NCBI GenBank assembly: GCA_016193585.1
Contig: JACPRW010000003.1
Location: forward strand, 263,303 to 327,302
From: Candidatus Aenigmatarchaeota archaeon
Lineage (GTDB): Archaea; Aenigmatarchaeota; Aenigmatarchaeia; GW2011-AR5
DNA: 64,000 nucleotides
Direction: 5' to 3'
Shown in pieces: positions 18,448 to 28,977 of this stretch. The notes under the pieces are model-generated. The model saw nothing but the letters and a program-made list of their open reading frames with translations, did no database searches and was not told the DNA's origin. Position 1 is the stretch's first letter. Each line of letters starts with the position of its first letter. The position numbers and the translations under genes are program-made.

Positions 18448-19758
18448 TCATTTCTTTCCTTTGTACTCGTACTTGAATTCGTCCTGCTGCTTCTCTTTCT
18501 TTTTGAATTTATTTTTGAGCTTGTCGAGAATCCCTTCTTTTTTCTCTTTGGGCGACCAGCCTTTTTCCGTATAGCCCGCCGCCTCCTTGACAGGCCAGAG
18601 CACGTACGCAAGCCCGCCGATGACGGCGAGGACAACGACGCCGACAATCCCGAAAAAGAGGTAATCAGGAGGCTTCGGGAGTTCCGTCGTCGCTACGTTC
18701 GATTTGAGGCTTTCCATGGAAGCGCCAACAGAGGCAAGCAGCTGGTTGGCCTTGAAATAATCCTTTGCCGCAAGCGATGCGTTCACCTCGCTGAGCTGCT
18801 CCTTGATCGTCGTCAGAAGCGCCGTCAGCGCCGTCGTATTCGCTCCCTTGCTTTGCAGGTCGGTGATGTTCCTCTCCAGTTCCTGGACGAGCAGCAGGTA
18901 CGCGTCGTATGCCGGCGTTATCTGGGTCTCGACCGTCTCGTTGCTGGGAAGGACCTTCAGCTTGAAGGTTCCGGTCGGCTTCACGCTTGCATTGCTCGTG
19001 CTCAGCTCGATGGTCACATCGTATGATTGCACGGTTGCGTTCTTCGGGATGACGAAGCCGGCGACGAACGTGCCGGTCGCGTTAATGGTAAGGTTGGCGA
19101 TGCGCGATGGCGAGATGGTCGTCCAGTTGCCGATGCCGCTGAGGGCAGCTGATATGTTGTAGAGCATGAGCTCGCCGTCGTTCTTCACGTCCAGGAGCTT
19201 GGTCGCCGAGTACCCCTGCACGATGTCGACGTCAATCGACGAGACGATTTTGAGTGATGCGGTCTTGTACGTTTTCGCGGACGTGTTGGTCGTTGTGTTC
19301 GTGCTTGAGGACGGACCTGTCGTGCCGCTCGTGGCCGACGGTGCTACACAGGACCCGCTTGAGCACACGTTCGTCGACGTGCAGGTCTCGTTTTCCCAGC
19401 TGCCTGCCGTGCAGACGCGCTTCACGGTCGTGTTCGCGCAGACATCGGTGCTGCCTGCGCTGGTGTAGGTGCTGTCGTGCCTGCACCGCGTTTCCGACGA
19501 GACAGCACACCATCCGGCATACGAGCCGCTGCTCGTGCCGTCGTAATCAAAGAAGCACCTGTCGCCCGGGACGCAGGTCGCGTTGCTGTTGCAGTACTGC
19601 CCGTACGTAGCCGCGTAAAGGCCGGTGTAGATGCCGGTCGTATTGGCAGTATTGTTATTGAGCGTGCCGTTGTATTCGGCGGTTACTGGCCAGAGAAGTA
19701 ACAAAAGCACCGCGAATGCCTGTATCGCTGCATTCCTCATCCATCTTCCTCGCTCCAT
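18448..19758 (-). CDS. Secreted, membrane-anchored surface protein (Cys-rich domain + Ig/CARDB-like domain + helical stalk + C-terminal TM)
   Basis: Signal peptide, Cys clusters, Ser/Thr linker, C-terminal TM with basic tail. Confidence 0.75.
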   Translation of the reverse strand: MERGRWMRNAAIQAFAVLLLLLWPVTAEYNGTLNNNTANTTGIYTGLYAATYGQYCNSNATCVPGDRCFFDYDGTSSGSYAGWCAVSSETRCRHDSTYTSAGSTDVCANTTVKRVCTAGSWENETCTSTNVCSSGSCVAPSATSGTTGPSSSTNTTTNTSAKTYKTASLKIVSSIDVDIVQGYSATKLLDVKNDGELMLYNISAALSGIGNWTTISPSRIANLTINATGTFVAGFVIPKNATVQSYDVTIELSTSNASVKPTGTFKLKVLPSNETVETQITPAYDAYLLLVQELERNITDLQSKGANTTALTALLTTIKEQLSEVNASLAAKDYFKANQLLASVGASMESLKSNVATTELPKPPDYLFFGIVGVVVLAVIGGLAYVLWPVKEAAGYTEKGWSPKEKKEGILDKLKNKFKKKEKQQDEFKYEYKGKK

Positions 19759-19763
19759 CGTGA

Positions 19764-21062
19764 TTATGAAACCGACCTGAATATCATGTTATAGGTGGCA
19801 GCCCATGTGGAGGATGCTGTCGACACGCTTGACGGTATAATCATCCTGAGGACGACGGTTATGGGGCTGTTCTGGTTTGCGGTCACTACGACACCATGCG
19901 TACTATCATACTGGCTTGTCACGTTCACCTTGTTGGTGGTGTTGAAATCAGCAGTGAGCCGCAGCGTTGCGAAATTGTCAGTGCTGTTCGAAAGGCCGAT
20001 GATCACCCCGCTCGCGTCGGTCCAGTTGCCCATCTTCATCTGCAGGAGGCCGGTCGTGCTCTCCCCTGCGGTAATGTTGATAGTGAAATTGAATTCCCAG
20101 TAGTCAGTGCCGTTGAGGTATGCCGAGTTCTTCGTTGCCCTGATGTTCGTCACGTTGGCGAGCTGCTTCGTCGTGACGTTCGTCTGGTTGTTCACCACGT
20201 CGGTGGGGACGGACGTCAGGTTGCTCCCTGAAACGGTCGCGTTGAAGAGCCCCCATAGGACACCGGTCGCATTCGTGTTGGCGGTGAAATTGACGACAAG
20301 TGGCAGGGTGGTCGGCGTGACGAGCGTTATGTTAATGGTGTTGCCGCCGACAGCGGCCGTATAATCGCCGGCGATGAGCACCGACCCGCCGCGCGTCACG
20401 TTGACGAGGACGAGGGACGTGAACCCGTCGGGGAGTGTGATGTTGATGTCCCTGATGCCGTCAACGCCGCTCGGCGTTATGTTGTAGATGAACGTCTGGT
20501 TCGTGACGTTGGTGTCCACGTAGCGCGGCGTGATGTTGCCACCGGCGTGCATGTGCTGCAGCTGCACCAGGCTCGAATTTGCCGGCAGCGATGTCGTGTT
20601 CGTTATCGTGCCGTTCGCAACAACGTCCGCCACAGAGGTGACGTTGGCGCCGACGGTGACGCGCGACATGGCTGAGTTGTATAGTTCATACACGATAAGG
20701 ATTGTCTGGTTGCCGTGCGCAGTTACGTTGAGCGGCGTCGAAAAGTTGATGAGCGTGGTATTCCTGTTCGTGAAGTTCGCCCATGTCGTGTTGATGCCGA
20801 GGAGCGACTCGGTTTTGTTCAGAACGCGTACCGCAGAGATGTTGCCGACGGTTCCCGAGCCCGTGAACGTCACGTTGAGCGCCGTTATGCTGATGGGCAT
20901 TTCCCATCCGTAGAACGTCATGTTAAGGACGGTGACGTTCTGTCTGGTATTGGCATACATCGTGAGCGAGGCGGCATCGCCCCACGCCGTCAGGTTTGCT
21001 GCAAACACCGGGGCTACGGAAAGCAAAGCTATCAGTATGAAGAACTCCTTCCTCATCGTCAC
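19764..21062 (-). CDS. Secreted Asn/Thr-rich surface (S-layer-like) glycoprotein
   Basis: Signal peptide and many N-x-S/T sequons. Confidence 0.7.
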   Translation of the reverse strand: MTMRKEFFILIALLSVAPVFAANLTAWGDAASLTMYANTRQNVTVLNMTFYGWEMPISITALNVTFTGSGTVGNISAVRVLNKTESLLGINTTWANFTNRNTTLINFSTPLNVTAHGNQTILIVYELYNSAMSRVTVGANVTSVADVVANGTITNTTSLPANSSLVQLQHMHAGGNITPRYVDTNVTNQTFIYNITPSGVDGIRDINITLPDGFTSLVLVNVTRGGSVLIAGDYTAAVGGNTINITLVTPTTLPLVVNFTANTNATGVLWGLFNATVSGSNLTSVPTDVVNNQTNVTTKQLANVTNIRATKNSAYLNGTDYWEFNFTINITAGESTTGLLQMKMGNWTDASGVIIGLSNSTDNFATLRLTADFNTTNKVNVTSQYDSTHGVVVTANQNSPITVVLRMIIPSSVSTASSTWAATYNMIFRSVS

Positions 21063-21184
21063 AATTAATACTATACGAGAAGACGAATATAAAGATTATC
21101 CGGATTTTGACATGCCACAGACGGCGTACGTATGTCCCTTCGGCAGGCTGAGTGCTGTCATGCCCTGAAAACATAGCTATCCGT

Positions 21185-21281
21185 TATAGTGGACCAACAA
21201 AAGAATACCAACATATTACTTTTGTTGTCCGCTATAAGTGAACCAAGATATAATACCTGATTATTTACTTGGTTCACTATA
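21185..21281. repeat. Composite repeat: module D (21185-21236) + intact module A (21235-21281)
   Basis: Reverse complement of the A/D modules at 1200-1313 and 10378-10623, lacking X1. Confidence 0.9.
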
Positions 21282-21299
21282 AGCCGTAATGTAGTAAAG

Positions 21300-21418
21300 C
21301 GCCCCCGGCGCGATTCGAACGCGCGACCCCCTGCTCTCAACAGGAATCTTCATCCGGGCAGAGCCCGTCAGTTCACCTCTAGGAGGCAGGTGCTCTATCC
21401 AAACTGAGCTACAAGGGC
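21300..21418 (-). tRNA. tRNA-Arg(CCU), intron at about 37/38 (21336-21379)
   Basis: Cloverleaf with CCTGC/GCAGG anticodon stem; BHB central helix is poor. Confidence 0.85.
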
Positions 21419-21469
21419 ATGCATAGTGTTATTGGCTATAAAAAAGCTTTAATAAAAGCCGCGGCAGGA

Positions 21470-23308
21470 TCAGACGAAGATCTTCAGCGTGTGCTTCACG
21501 ATTGCCTTGAGCACGTCCCTTCCCACGTCGGCATCCTTGCTGACGCGGATGACACCGCCTTTGCCGACGGTCGCCGAGAACAGGTACTCCTCGCCGATGT
21601 AGAAGTTCGCTATCTTTCCCGTCATCTTTTCCGGCAGCGTGACGACAAGGTACGCGCCTGTTTCCTCAATGGAGAAGGAGACCTCCTTGCCGAGCGTCGC
21701 GATCTTCGGCAGCACCTCGATGCTGATGCCCAGCTTCTTTTCGAGCTCCTGCACCGTTTTTCCCTGCTTGCCGATGAGGCGGGGGATGACGTCGTTCTCC
21801 ACGCGTATGGCCACCTTGTTGTCGCCGATGATTTCGACGTCCGCATGCCGGTCGAATTTTCTGACCTCAGAAAGGATGTACCTGCGCGCGAGGGCGCTGA
21901 CGGCAGATTGCTTGCTCCCTGTCACCGGTATGATGACTGTTTCCTCGCCGTACGTGTAGAGCTCGTACTCCATTTCGTTGTTCTCGAAATTCCTGACCTC
22001 GACCACCGGCCGCGCCAGGTCTGCCTCGGTCATGCCGGTCGGCGTCCGCACGACGAGCACGAGCGAGTACACCTTCTCTATCCTTCCCGCCCTGATGTAG
22101 ACGATGGTATCGATGACGTGCGGTATCATGCCCAGCTCGACGCGCCCGACGAACCGCTGCACTGCGTCAACAGGATTCGTGGCGTGCACCACGCCGATCA
22201 TGCCGATGCCGGCAAGCCGCATGTCCGAGAACACGAGGAAATCGTTCGTCTTTCGCACCTCGTCGAAGACCGTGTAATCAGGCCTGACGAGCAGGAGCAT
22301 GTCAGCCGTATTCTCGAAGCTGCCTTTCAGTTTCGAGTACTGGGTTATCTCCGGCTTGACCTGAAGGTCGCGCGGCGATTCCATCGTCTTGACTATTTTT
22401 CCCTGCTCCTCGTAAAACTCGGCTATTGCTGCTGCAAGCGTGCTTTTCCCCGACCCCGGAGGGCCGGCAAGTATGACGCCTTCGGCGCGCTTCGCGAGCC
22501 GCTCCTTGAGCTTTTCGGAGAGCTTGTAGTCGTCGAGCGACATCTTGATAACCGGCCGCACCACGGTGATTTCGACACCGTCCGAGAACGGCGGCCGCGC
22601 GACGGCGATGCGCATGTTGCCGTGCTGGATGACGCTGGCGGCATGCCCGCCAACCTCGATGAACGAGTCCTCCTCGTAGCGGGCGGCATCCATGACGTCC
22701 TTGATGATAGCTTCCATCTCCTTGACGGTCATGGGCTCTTCCCTGATGGGAACGAGCGCGAACGAGTCCGGCTTGCCGCGCTTGGCGAGCGGGATGCAGT
22801 TCTCCTTGAGGTGCAGGCTCATGGTGTCCTCGGTGAGCATAGGGGAAAGCTTCGTTTCCTTTTTTTTCTCATACGGCTTGAAGAAAACAGTTTCCACGCC
22901 CTCTGCTTCTGCGACAAGGCTCTGCACCATGTCGCTCGTGTACAGCACCGCCTTTGCGTCGCGGGCCACGTCGAGGATGAGCGCGTCGATCCTGCCGTAT
23001 TTGGCGAGCTGTATCTCCTCCATCGTCTGGCGCCTGCCGAGGCGGGCAACCGTCACCTTTTCCTCCTTCTCGAAATTCCGTATCTTCTTCAGTTCGTCAA
23101 GGCCCTTGAAGCCTATCTCTCTGCCGCGGGAGGCCTGCGCCCTGAGTTCCTCGACGACAAACTCGGGAATGAGTATTTCAGTGTCCTGAATCTCCCCTTT
23201 CTCGATGAGTTCGCTGAGTCTGCCCGATATGATGACGCTCGTATCAGGGACAATTTTCTTTTCCTCTTTCATGTAATCACCTTGTATCTTCACGTAAGCA
23301 AGAAGCAT
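21470..23308 (-). CDS. PINc/VapC-family ATPase with KH domain (PINA-type)
   Basis: PIN (VPDTSVII), GPPGSGKS, KH GKQG motif. Confidence 0.92.
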   Translation of the reverse strand: MLLAYVKIQGDYMKEEKKIVPDTSVIISGRLSELIEKGEIQDTEILIPEFVVEELRAQASRGREIGFKGLDELKKIRNFEKEEKVTVARLGRRQTMEEIQLAKYGRIDALILDVARDAKAVLYTSDMVQSLVAEAEGVETVFFKPYEKKKETKLSPMLTEDTMSLHLKENCIPLAKRGKPDSFALVPIREEPMTVKEMEAIIKDVMDAARYEEDSFIEVGGHAASVIQHGNMRIAVARPPFSDGVEITVVRPVIKMSLDDYKLSEKLKERLAKRAEGVILAGPPGSGKSTLAAAIAEFYEEQGKIVKTMESPRDLQVKPEITQYSKLKGSFENTADMLLLVRPDYTVFDEVRKTNDFLVFSDMRLAGIGMIGVVHATNPVDAVQRFVGRVELGMIPHVIDTIVYIRAGRIEKVYSLVLVVRTPTGMTEADLARPVVEVRNFENNEMEYELYTYGEETVIIPVTGSKQSAVSALARRYILSEVRKFDRHADVEIIGDNKVAIRVENDVIPRLIGKQGKTVQELEKKLGISIEVLPKIATLGKEVSFSIEETGAYLVVTLPEKMTGKIANFYIGEEYLFSATVGKGGVIRVSKDADVGRDVLKAIVKHTLKIFV

Positions 23309-23385
23309 CCTGTACGAAACAAAAGCCTCTGCTAGAGAAGTAAGAGTCTTCTAAGAGTATAGCCGGCATGCTTAAATGCTTTTCT

Positions 23386-24660
23386 TTATTGCTGCGTGAG
23401 CGCCTGCAGTTCCTCGAGGTTGATGCGTATCTCCCGCTCGCTGCCCGATGCCATGTCCTTGAGCTTCAGTTTGCCCTGCTCCAGTTCCTTTTTGCCGACG
23501 ATGATGACATTCCGGACGTTGAGCTTGTTTGCGTACTCCATCTGCTTCCTGAGGTCGCGCCTGCTGAGGTCCATGATTGCGGGCAGGCATCTCTTCCTGA
23601 GCGCCTGCACGACATTTACGGCGTCGGCAAACATGTCGCCGGTGGCATAGGCGACAAAGTACTGGTCGGCGGCGATGGTCGCAGGCAATAGTTTCTTGGC
23701 TTCCAGTGTGATGAGGAGGCGCTCGATGCCGCCGGCAACGCCAGTTGCGGGCATCGGCTTGCCATAGATGCTGAGCAGGTCATCGTAGCGCCCGCCGCCG
23801 GCGACAGCACCTGTCTTCCCGTCGACCCATGCCTCGTAGACGGTGCCGGTGTAATAGTCGATGCCGCGTACGATGCTCAAATCAAGTGTACATCTATCCG
23901 CAATCTTGTACGTCCCGAGGAGCGCGAAGAGCTGCTCCAGCTCCTTGTAACCTTCCTGCGCCAGCTCGTTCTTCGGCATCGTCGCTTTCACGGATTCGAG
24001 CGTGGCGCCGCCTTTGCACAGCGTGAGAATTGCATCCGCCTGTTTCTTGCCAACATCACATTTCGCGAATTCCTTGATGAGCTGCTGCTTGCTCAGTTTC
24101 GCCGTCTTGTCGATGACGCGGAGGACGGCCGCGAGCCTCTTCTTGTCGATGCCAATGCCGAGCACGAAGCCCTCGATGAGCTTGCGGTTGTTGATGCGTA
24201 TCTGGGCATCAAGGCCAAGCCCTTTGAACGCCTCTATCATGAGCGCGATGATTTCCGCGTCAGCTTCCGCGCCCGCGCAGCCATATACCTCGGCGTCCCA
24301 CTGCCAGAACGAGCGGTAGCGGGCGTACTGCGGGTTGTCGTAGCGCCACATGTTCGAGATGCACGCAAGGCGCAGCGGCTTCGGCGCGTCCGTCGAAGCA
24401 ACGTAGCGTGCCATGCCGACAGTGAGGTCGAAACGCAAACCTATTTTGCGTTTCGCTTTATCCTCGAACGCGTATATCTCCTTTTCGAGGTCAGGCCCGC
24501 TCTTCGCCGTGAGCGTTTCCAGGTTCTCCAGCGCCGACGGCTCGACGAGCTGGAAGCCGAAGCGGCGCAGCGCGTCCTTCAGCCTGGCGACGACGTATTC
24601 CCGCTTCGCCATCTCGTCAGGCGCAATGTCCTTCATGCCTTTGGGCAGGGTGAATTTCAT
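23386..24660 (-). CDS. hisS: Histidyl-tRNA synthetase
   Basis: LRFDLT, RYRSFWQWDAE, RGIDYYTG, GGGRYDDL, GIERL, anticodon-binding domain. Confidence 0.95.
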   Translation of the reverse strand: MKFTLPKGMKDIAPDEMAKREYVVARLKDALRRFGFQLVEPSALENLETLTAKSGPDLEKEIYAFEDKAKRKIGLRFDLTVGMARYVASTDAPKPLRLACISNMWRYDNPQYARYRSFWQWDAEVYGCAGAEADAEIIALMIEAFKGLGLDAQIRINNRKLIEGFVLGIGIDKKRLAAVLRVIDKTAKLSKQQLIKEFAKCDVGKKQADAILTLCKGGATLESVKATMPKNELAQEGYKELEQLFALLGTYKIADRCTLDLSIVRGIDYYTGTVYEAWVDGKTGAVAGGGRYDDLLSIYGKPMPATGVAGGIERLLITLEAKKLLPATIAADQYFVAYATGDMFADAVNVVQALRKRCLPAIMDLSRRDLRKQMEYANKLNVRNVIIVGKKELEQGKLKLKDMASGSEREIRINLEELQALTQQ

Positions 24661-25886
24661 TGCTTCATCAACCTCATCACGGCTGATTTTTTGTGGGCAT
24701 CAAGCCCTTCCACTTCGGCCAGTTGTATCGCCTGCTTGGAAACCGTGTCAAACCCCTTTCTTGTTACATATTGCCCGGCGCGTATTAAAATAAAGTCCTT
24801 TACCGAGAGGACGGAGGAAAATCGTGCGCTCCCTCCGGTAGGCAGGATGTGGTTCGAGCCGGTGACGTAATCGCCCAGCATATTTGCCGAGTAATAGCCG
24901 GCAAAGAGCGTTCCATAGTTCCTCAGTCCTCTATATTTTCTTGGGTCTTTTACTTGGAGTTCTATGTGTTCAGAAGCCAGCTCGTTAGCTAGTCGAACTG
25001 CTTCTCCGGCAGTTTTCACGAGGATGATTTTCAAGTTGCTTTGCACCGCGCTTCGTGCAGTCCTGCTGGTCTTTAATCGCTTCAGCTGTTTGGTTACCTC
25101 CTTTCCGGTTTCACGTGCTACTGTCTTCGAATTGGTGATGAGGACAGGCACGGCATCTTCGTCGTGCTCTGCTTCAGAGAGAAGATCCGCGGCTACTGCA
25201 CCGGAATCCGCGCTTTCATCAGCGATGACAAGTATTTCGCTCGGTCCTGCAAGCATGTCAATGCCGACATCTCCGTAGACGAATTTCTTCGCCGCTGTCA
25301 CGAATCTGTTGCCAGGACCGGCAATTTTGTCGACTTTTGGGATTGTTTCCGTGCCGTATGCCATGGCTGCGATGGCATGCGCCCCGCCTACCCTGAAAAT
25401 TTTTTGGACGCCGCACAGGTCAGCTGCTACAAGGATAACGGGGCTTATGGAACCTTTGTACGATGGCGGGGAGCACAGTATAATTTTCTCGACTCCGGCG
25501 ACCGTTGCAGGGACAGCAGCCATGATGACGGTTGACGGAAGCGGGAAGTTTCCTCCTGGAACGTATATGCCTACCCTCGCTACAGGTATCGTCTTTTGTG
25601 TTATGGTGACGCCCTTAACAATCTGCAGTTCAAAATCGCCGAATTGCCGCATCTGCCTTTTTGATAGCTTCTCTACGTTTCGTTTTGCAAGCGTTAGCGC
25701 CGCAAGCGTTTCCTTCCCGACCTGCCCGTACGCAGCCTCTATTTCTTTGTCCGTGATTTCTAGATTCTCCAGTTTAACCTTGTCGAATGTTTCTGTAAAT
25801 TTGAGCAGCGCTTTATCTCCTTTTTTCTTCACTTCGCGGCAGATAGACGAAACTAATGCTTCTTGTTGCAGGCTCTTCCGTTTCAT
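24657..25886 (-). CDS. hisD: Histidinol dehydrogenase
   Basis: GIYVPGG, GPGNRFV, AGPSEI, EAEHD, HILPTGG. Confidence 0.97.
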   Translation of the reverse strand: MKRKSLQQEALVSSICREVKKKGDKALLKFTETFDKVKLENLEITDKEIEAAYGQVGKETLAALTLAKRNVEKLSKRQMRQFGDFELQIVKGVTITQKTIPVARVGIYVPGGNFPLPSTVIMAAVPATVAGVEKIILCSPPSYKGSISPVILVAADLCGVQKIFRVGGAHAIAAMAYGTETIPKVDKIAGPGNRFVTAAKKFVYGDVGIDMLAGPSEILVIADESADSGAVAADLLSEAEHDEDAVPVLITNSKTVARETGKEVTKQLKRLKTSRTARSAVQSNLKIILVKTAGEAVRLANELASEHIELQVKDPRKYRGLRNYGTLFAGYYSANMLGDYVTGSNHILPTGGSARFSSVLSVKDFILIRAGQYVTRKGFDTVSKQAIQLAEVEGLDAHKKSAVMRLMKQ

Positions 25887-27064
25887 TTTCTTCTCCCCCC
25901 GAGTTCGTTCATCACATCCCTGAAACTGATCCCGGTCTTGGCCGCCTTTACTGTAGTAAAGTACACGAGGTCAGCCAGTTCATGAATGAGTTGCTCTTTC
26001 GTTCCGGCGGTCGTGACTTCCTCGGACTCTTCAATAATTTTTTTGTCGAGCTCTTCATCGGTAAGCGAAGACGTATAAGAGCCTTTTGTGGGGTTCTGGA
26101 GCCTGTTGAGAACAATGCCGTAGAACTCTTGCATGCCGAATGCTTTATTCCCGAAACAGGAATAGCTGCCGGCGTGGCACGCGACGTTTTTCTGCTCCAC
26201 GGTGAAAAGCAGCGCATCGCTGTCGCAATCCTTGCGCAGTTCCACAAGTTCCTGAAAATTCCCTGATGTTTCGCCTTTTGTCCACAGGCGTTTTTTTGAC
26301 CTCTTGTAATACGTCGCCTTTCCTGTAGCGATGGTTTTTCGTATCGAGTCCTCGCTGCTGTACGCAAGCATCAAGGGCTGCCCTTCGCTATCCTGCACAA
26401 GCGTCGGGATAAGGCCATTATCAAAACGGAGCGTCTGGATGAAAGCCTCGGTAAGGTCAAGAACTCCGGACGCACGCGCCATGCCTACGACCGCATTTAC
26501 CCCGCGTGCTTCTATCTCCTGTATCTGGCCGGGTGATGAAATGCCACCTGCGATAGTTATTTTGCTTTTTATCGTTGCTGCCGCATTTTGCACAAAAGAC
26601 GTGTCGTAGCCTTCAAGCGTGCCTTCTTTGCTGACATCGGTAAAAAGAAATTCGGAGCAGTACGGCTCGAGAGCCTTCGCTTTTTCTATTGCGCGTGCTT
26701 TCTCTTCTTCGCCGTTGACGTCGAAAGCGGCAATGATGCAATCCCGCGGCAAACGACGCAGGAACTCCTCCGTAGCCATCGTTCCGATGATAATCTTCCC
26801 GGCCCCTGCTTTGAGTAACGCTCTCGCCTTTTCTTCTGTTCGTATGCCCCCGCCGACGCGGCATCGTGCTGCCTTGCAGAGTTCCTTCACCAACTCAAAA
26901 TTATCTCCTTTATTCAAGGCTGCGTCGAGGTCGATGACCTGAATCTCCCCGAACAATTTGAGCTTTTCAGCTATTTCAATAGGATCGCCGATGTCCACCC
27001 GTTCCTTCCTCCGGACAAACTGTACCGCTGTGCCGTCCATTATGTCGATAGCCGGGATGATCAT
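25883..27064 (-). CDS. hisA-hisIE: HisA-HisI-HisE fusion protein
   Basis: IIPAIDI..VIDLDAA (HisA), [20 protein letters not shown] (HisI), [13 protein letters not shown] (HisE). Confidence 0.9.
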   Translation of the reverse strand: MIIPAIDIMDGTAVQFVRRKERVDIGDPIEIAEKLKLFGEIQVIDLDAALNKGDNFELVKELCKAARCRVGGGIRTEEKARALLKAGAGKIIIGTMATEEFLRRLPRDCIIAAFDVNGEEEKARAIEKAKALEPYCSEFLFTDVSKEGTLEGYDTSFVQNAAATIKSKITIAGGISSPGQIQEIEARGVNAVVGMARASGVLDLTEAFIQTLRFDNGLIPTLVQDSEGQPLMLAYSSEDSIRKTIATGKATYYKRSKKRLWTKGETSGNFQELVELRKDCDSDALLFTVEQKNVACHAGSYSCFGNKAFGMQEFYGIVLNRLQNPTKGSYTSSLTDEELDKKIIEESEEVTTAGTKEQLIHELADLVYFTTVKAAKTGISFRDVMNELGGRRK

Positions 27065-27816
27065 AGTCTCACCAGTATGCCGCGTTTCCTGAGGTATTCC
27101 TTCACTTCCTGTATCCTGTATCGTCTGTAGTGGAATATGGAGGCGGCAAGTGCCGCATCGGCGCCCCCCTCCAGAAACACGTCGGCAATATCCTTCAGCG
27201 AGCCGGCTCCGCCAGACGCAATCACCGGTATCCCCACCGATGTGGCTACCGTCCTTGTCAGTTTGATGTCGTAGCCGCCAGTAGTTCCGTCAGAATCCAT
27301 GGACGTCAGGAGTAGTTCTCCTGCGCCAAGATTTTCAGCCTGCCGCGCCCATGCTATTGCGTCGAGCCCTGTATCTTCTGTCCCGCTCCTGGTGAAGACT
27401 TCCCACCTTCTGTTGCACTTTTTTGCATCGATGGCGACAACTACCGCCTGCGAGCCGAATTTTTCCGCCGCCCGTTCTATGATGCGGGGCTTTTTCACTG
27501 CCGCGCTGTTTATGGAGACCTTTTCAGCCCCCGCGTCAAGCAGGCGGCGCATGTCAGCGATGCTCCGTACGCCGCCGCCGGCGGTGAACGGGATGAAAAG
27601 GTTCTTTGAAACGTTTCTCATGATATCCACCATCGCAGTTCTTTTTTCGAGCGATGCTGTTATGTCAAGGAATACCAGCTCGTCGGCGCCTTCGTTGCCG
27701 TACAACCGGGCTAGCGCCACCGGGTCGCCGGCGTTCCTCAGGTTCGCAAAGTTAATTCCCTTCACGACCTTGCCGTCTTTGACGTCGAGGCACGGTATTA
27801 TCCTTTTAGTCAGCAT
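27061..27816 (-). CDS. hisF: Imidazole glycerol phosphate synthase cyclase subunit
   Basis: [29 protein letters not shown]. Confidence 0.97.
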   Translation of the reverse strand: MLTKRIIPCLDVKDGKVVKGINFANLRNAGDPVALARLYGNEGADELVFLDITASLEKRTAMVDIMRNVSKNLFIPFTAGGGVRSIADMRRLLDAGAEKVSINSAAVKKPRIIERAAEKFGSQAVVVAIDAKKCNRRWEVFTRSGTEDTGLDAIAWARQAENLGAGELLLTSMDSDGTTGGYDIKLTRTVATSVGIPVIASGGAGSLKDIADVFLEGGADAALAASIFHYRRYRIQEVKEYLRKRGILVRL

Positions 27817-28390
27817 CCAACCACCGTGCAAGTATCTCCAGACCGAACGCGCCGCTTTTTTCAGGATGAAACTGTGTCGCCATTATGTTCCCTCGCTTGA
27901 CAGCGGAAGCGAATGGTATGCCATAGTCACTCGTTGCCGCTACAATTCCCTTGTCTTCTGGTAGCGGATAATAGGAATTGGCGAAGTAGGCAAATCCTTC
28001 CCGGAATGGTTCTTTTTTCACCGGCCTGACGAGATTCCAGCCAACCTGCGGCACTTTGCCTTTCCTGAACTTGACTACGCTTCCTTCCAGTATGCCAAGG
28101 CCCCGTATACCAGGGCTTTCCTCGCTCGCCTCAAACAGCACCTGCATGCCGAGGCATATGCCGAAAAATGGCACGCCATTTTCGAGCGCCTTGGTGAGCG
28201 GTCCGATGAGGCCTTTCCTCTCAAGATTCTTCATCGCGTTGCCAAAAGAGCCCACTCCCGGAAAGATTATTTTCCCTGCTGTTGCCACGGCTTTTTTCCC
28301 CGACGTTATGGTGCTCTCAAAACCAAGGTAACGCAGCGCATTCTCAACGCTCCTTGCGTTCCCTGAGCCATAATCTATTATTGCTATCAT
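27806..28390 (-). CDS. hisH: Imidazole glycerol phosphate synthase glutaminase subunit
   Basis: [22 protein letters not shown]; start reassigned to 28390 (ATGA overlap with hisB). Confidence 0.96.
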   Translation of the reverse strand: MIAIIDYGSGNARSVENALRYLGFESTITSGKKAVATAGKIIFPGVGSFGNAMKNLERKGLIGPLTKALENGVPFFGICLGMQVLFEASEESPGIRGLGILEGSVVKFRKGKVPQVGWNLVRPVKKEPFREGFAYFANSYYPLPEDKGIVAATSDYGIPFASAVKRGNIMATQFHPEKSGAFGLEILARWLDAD

Positions 28391-28977
28391 TCGATAACGC
28401 CCTTCGTGCTCGGAATACCATTCAGAAGCTTCTTGTCGCGCGAGCACGCCATGTACAGCGCTTTTCCGAATGCCTTGAACAGCGCCTCGCATTTGTGGTG
28501 GTCGTTCTCCCCGTACGGCATCGTTGCGTGCAGCGTTGCCTGCAGGCCCCTGGTAAACCCCTGGAAAAACTCCTGTATGGTGTCTGCTTCGAGGTCGCCA
28601 ATTTTCGGCCGCCTGAATTTCACGCCAAAATTCAGGTACGGCCTGCCCGAGATGTCAACAGCTACCAGCGCGAGGGATTCGTCCATGGGGAATGCGAAAT
28701 AGCCGGCGCGGTTTATCCCCTGCTTGTTTCCCAGTGCCTCCCTGAACGCTTGCCCAAGGGCTATGCCGCAATCCTCTACTATGTGGTGCTGGTCCACGTC
28801 CATGTCTCCTGTCGCTTTGACGCCGATGTCAAATGCCCCGAAAAGAGAAAATGTTTCCAGCATGTGTCTGAGGAAGCCTATAGGCACGTCCAGCTTTGAT
28901 TTTCCAGAGCCTTCGATAACCAGGGAAATTTCTACCGACGTTTCAGACGTGGTTCTTGTAATTTTTGCAGGCATCAT
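28387..28977 (-). CDS. hisB: Imidazoleglycerol-phosphate dehydratase
   Basis: RTTSET, DQHHIVED, NDHHKCEA. Confidence 0.96.
   Translation of the reverse strand: MMPAKITRTTSETSVEISLVIEGSGKSKLDVPIGFLRHMLETFSLFGAFDIGVKATGDMDVDQHHIVEDCGIALGQAFREALGNKQGINRAGYFAFPMDESLALVAVDISGRPYLNFGVKFRRPKIGDLEADTIQEFFQGFTRGLQATLHATMPYGENDHHKCEALFKAFGKALYMACSRDKKLLNGIPSTKGVIE

Noticed and set aside
21336-21379. Second hidden intron or alternative anticodon in tRNA-Arg(CCU)
   Set aside because: The BHB is poor, but I found no alternative parse that gives a better motif together with a 7-nt anticodon loop.
23386-24660. hisS being HisZ
   Set aside because: It retains the catalytic motif 2/3 residues, the GGRYD loop and a full anticodon-binding domain, so it was called HisRS.
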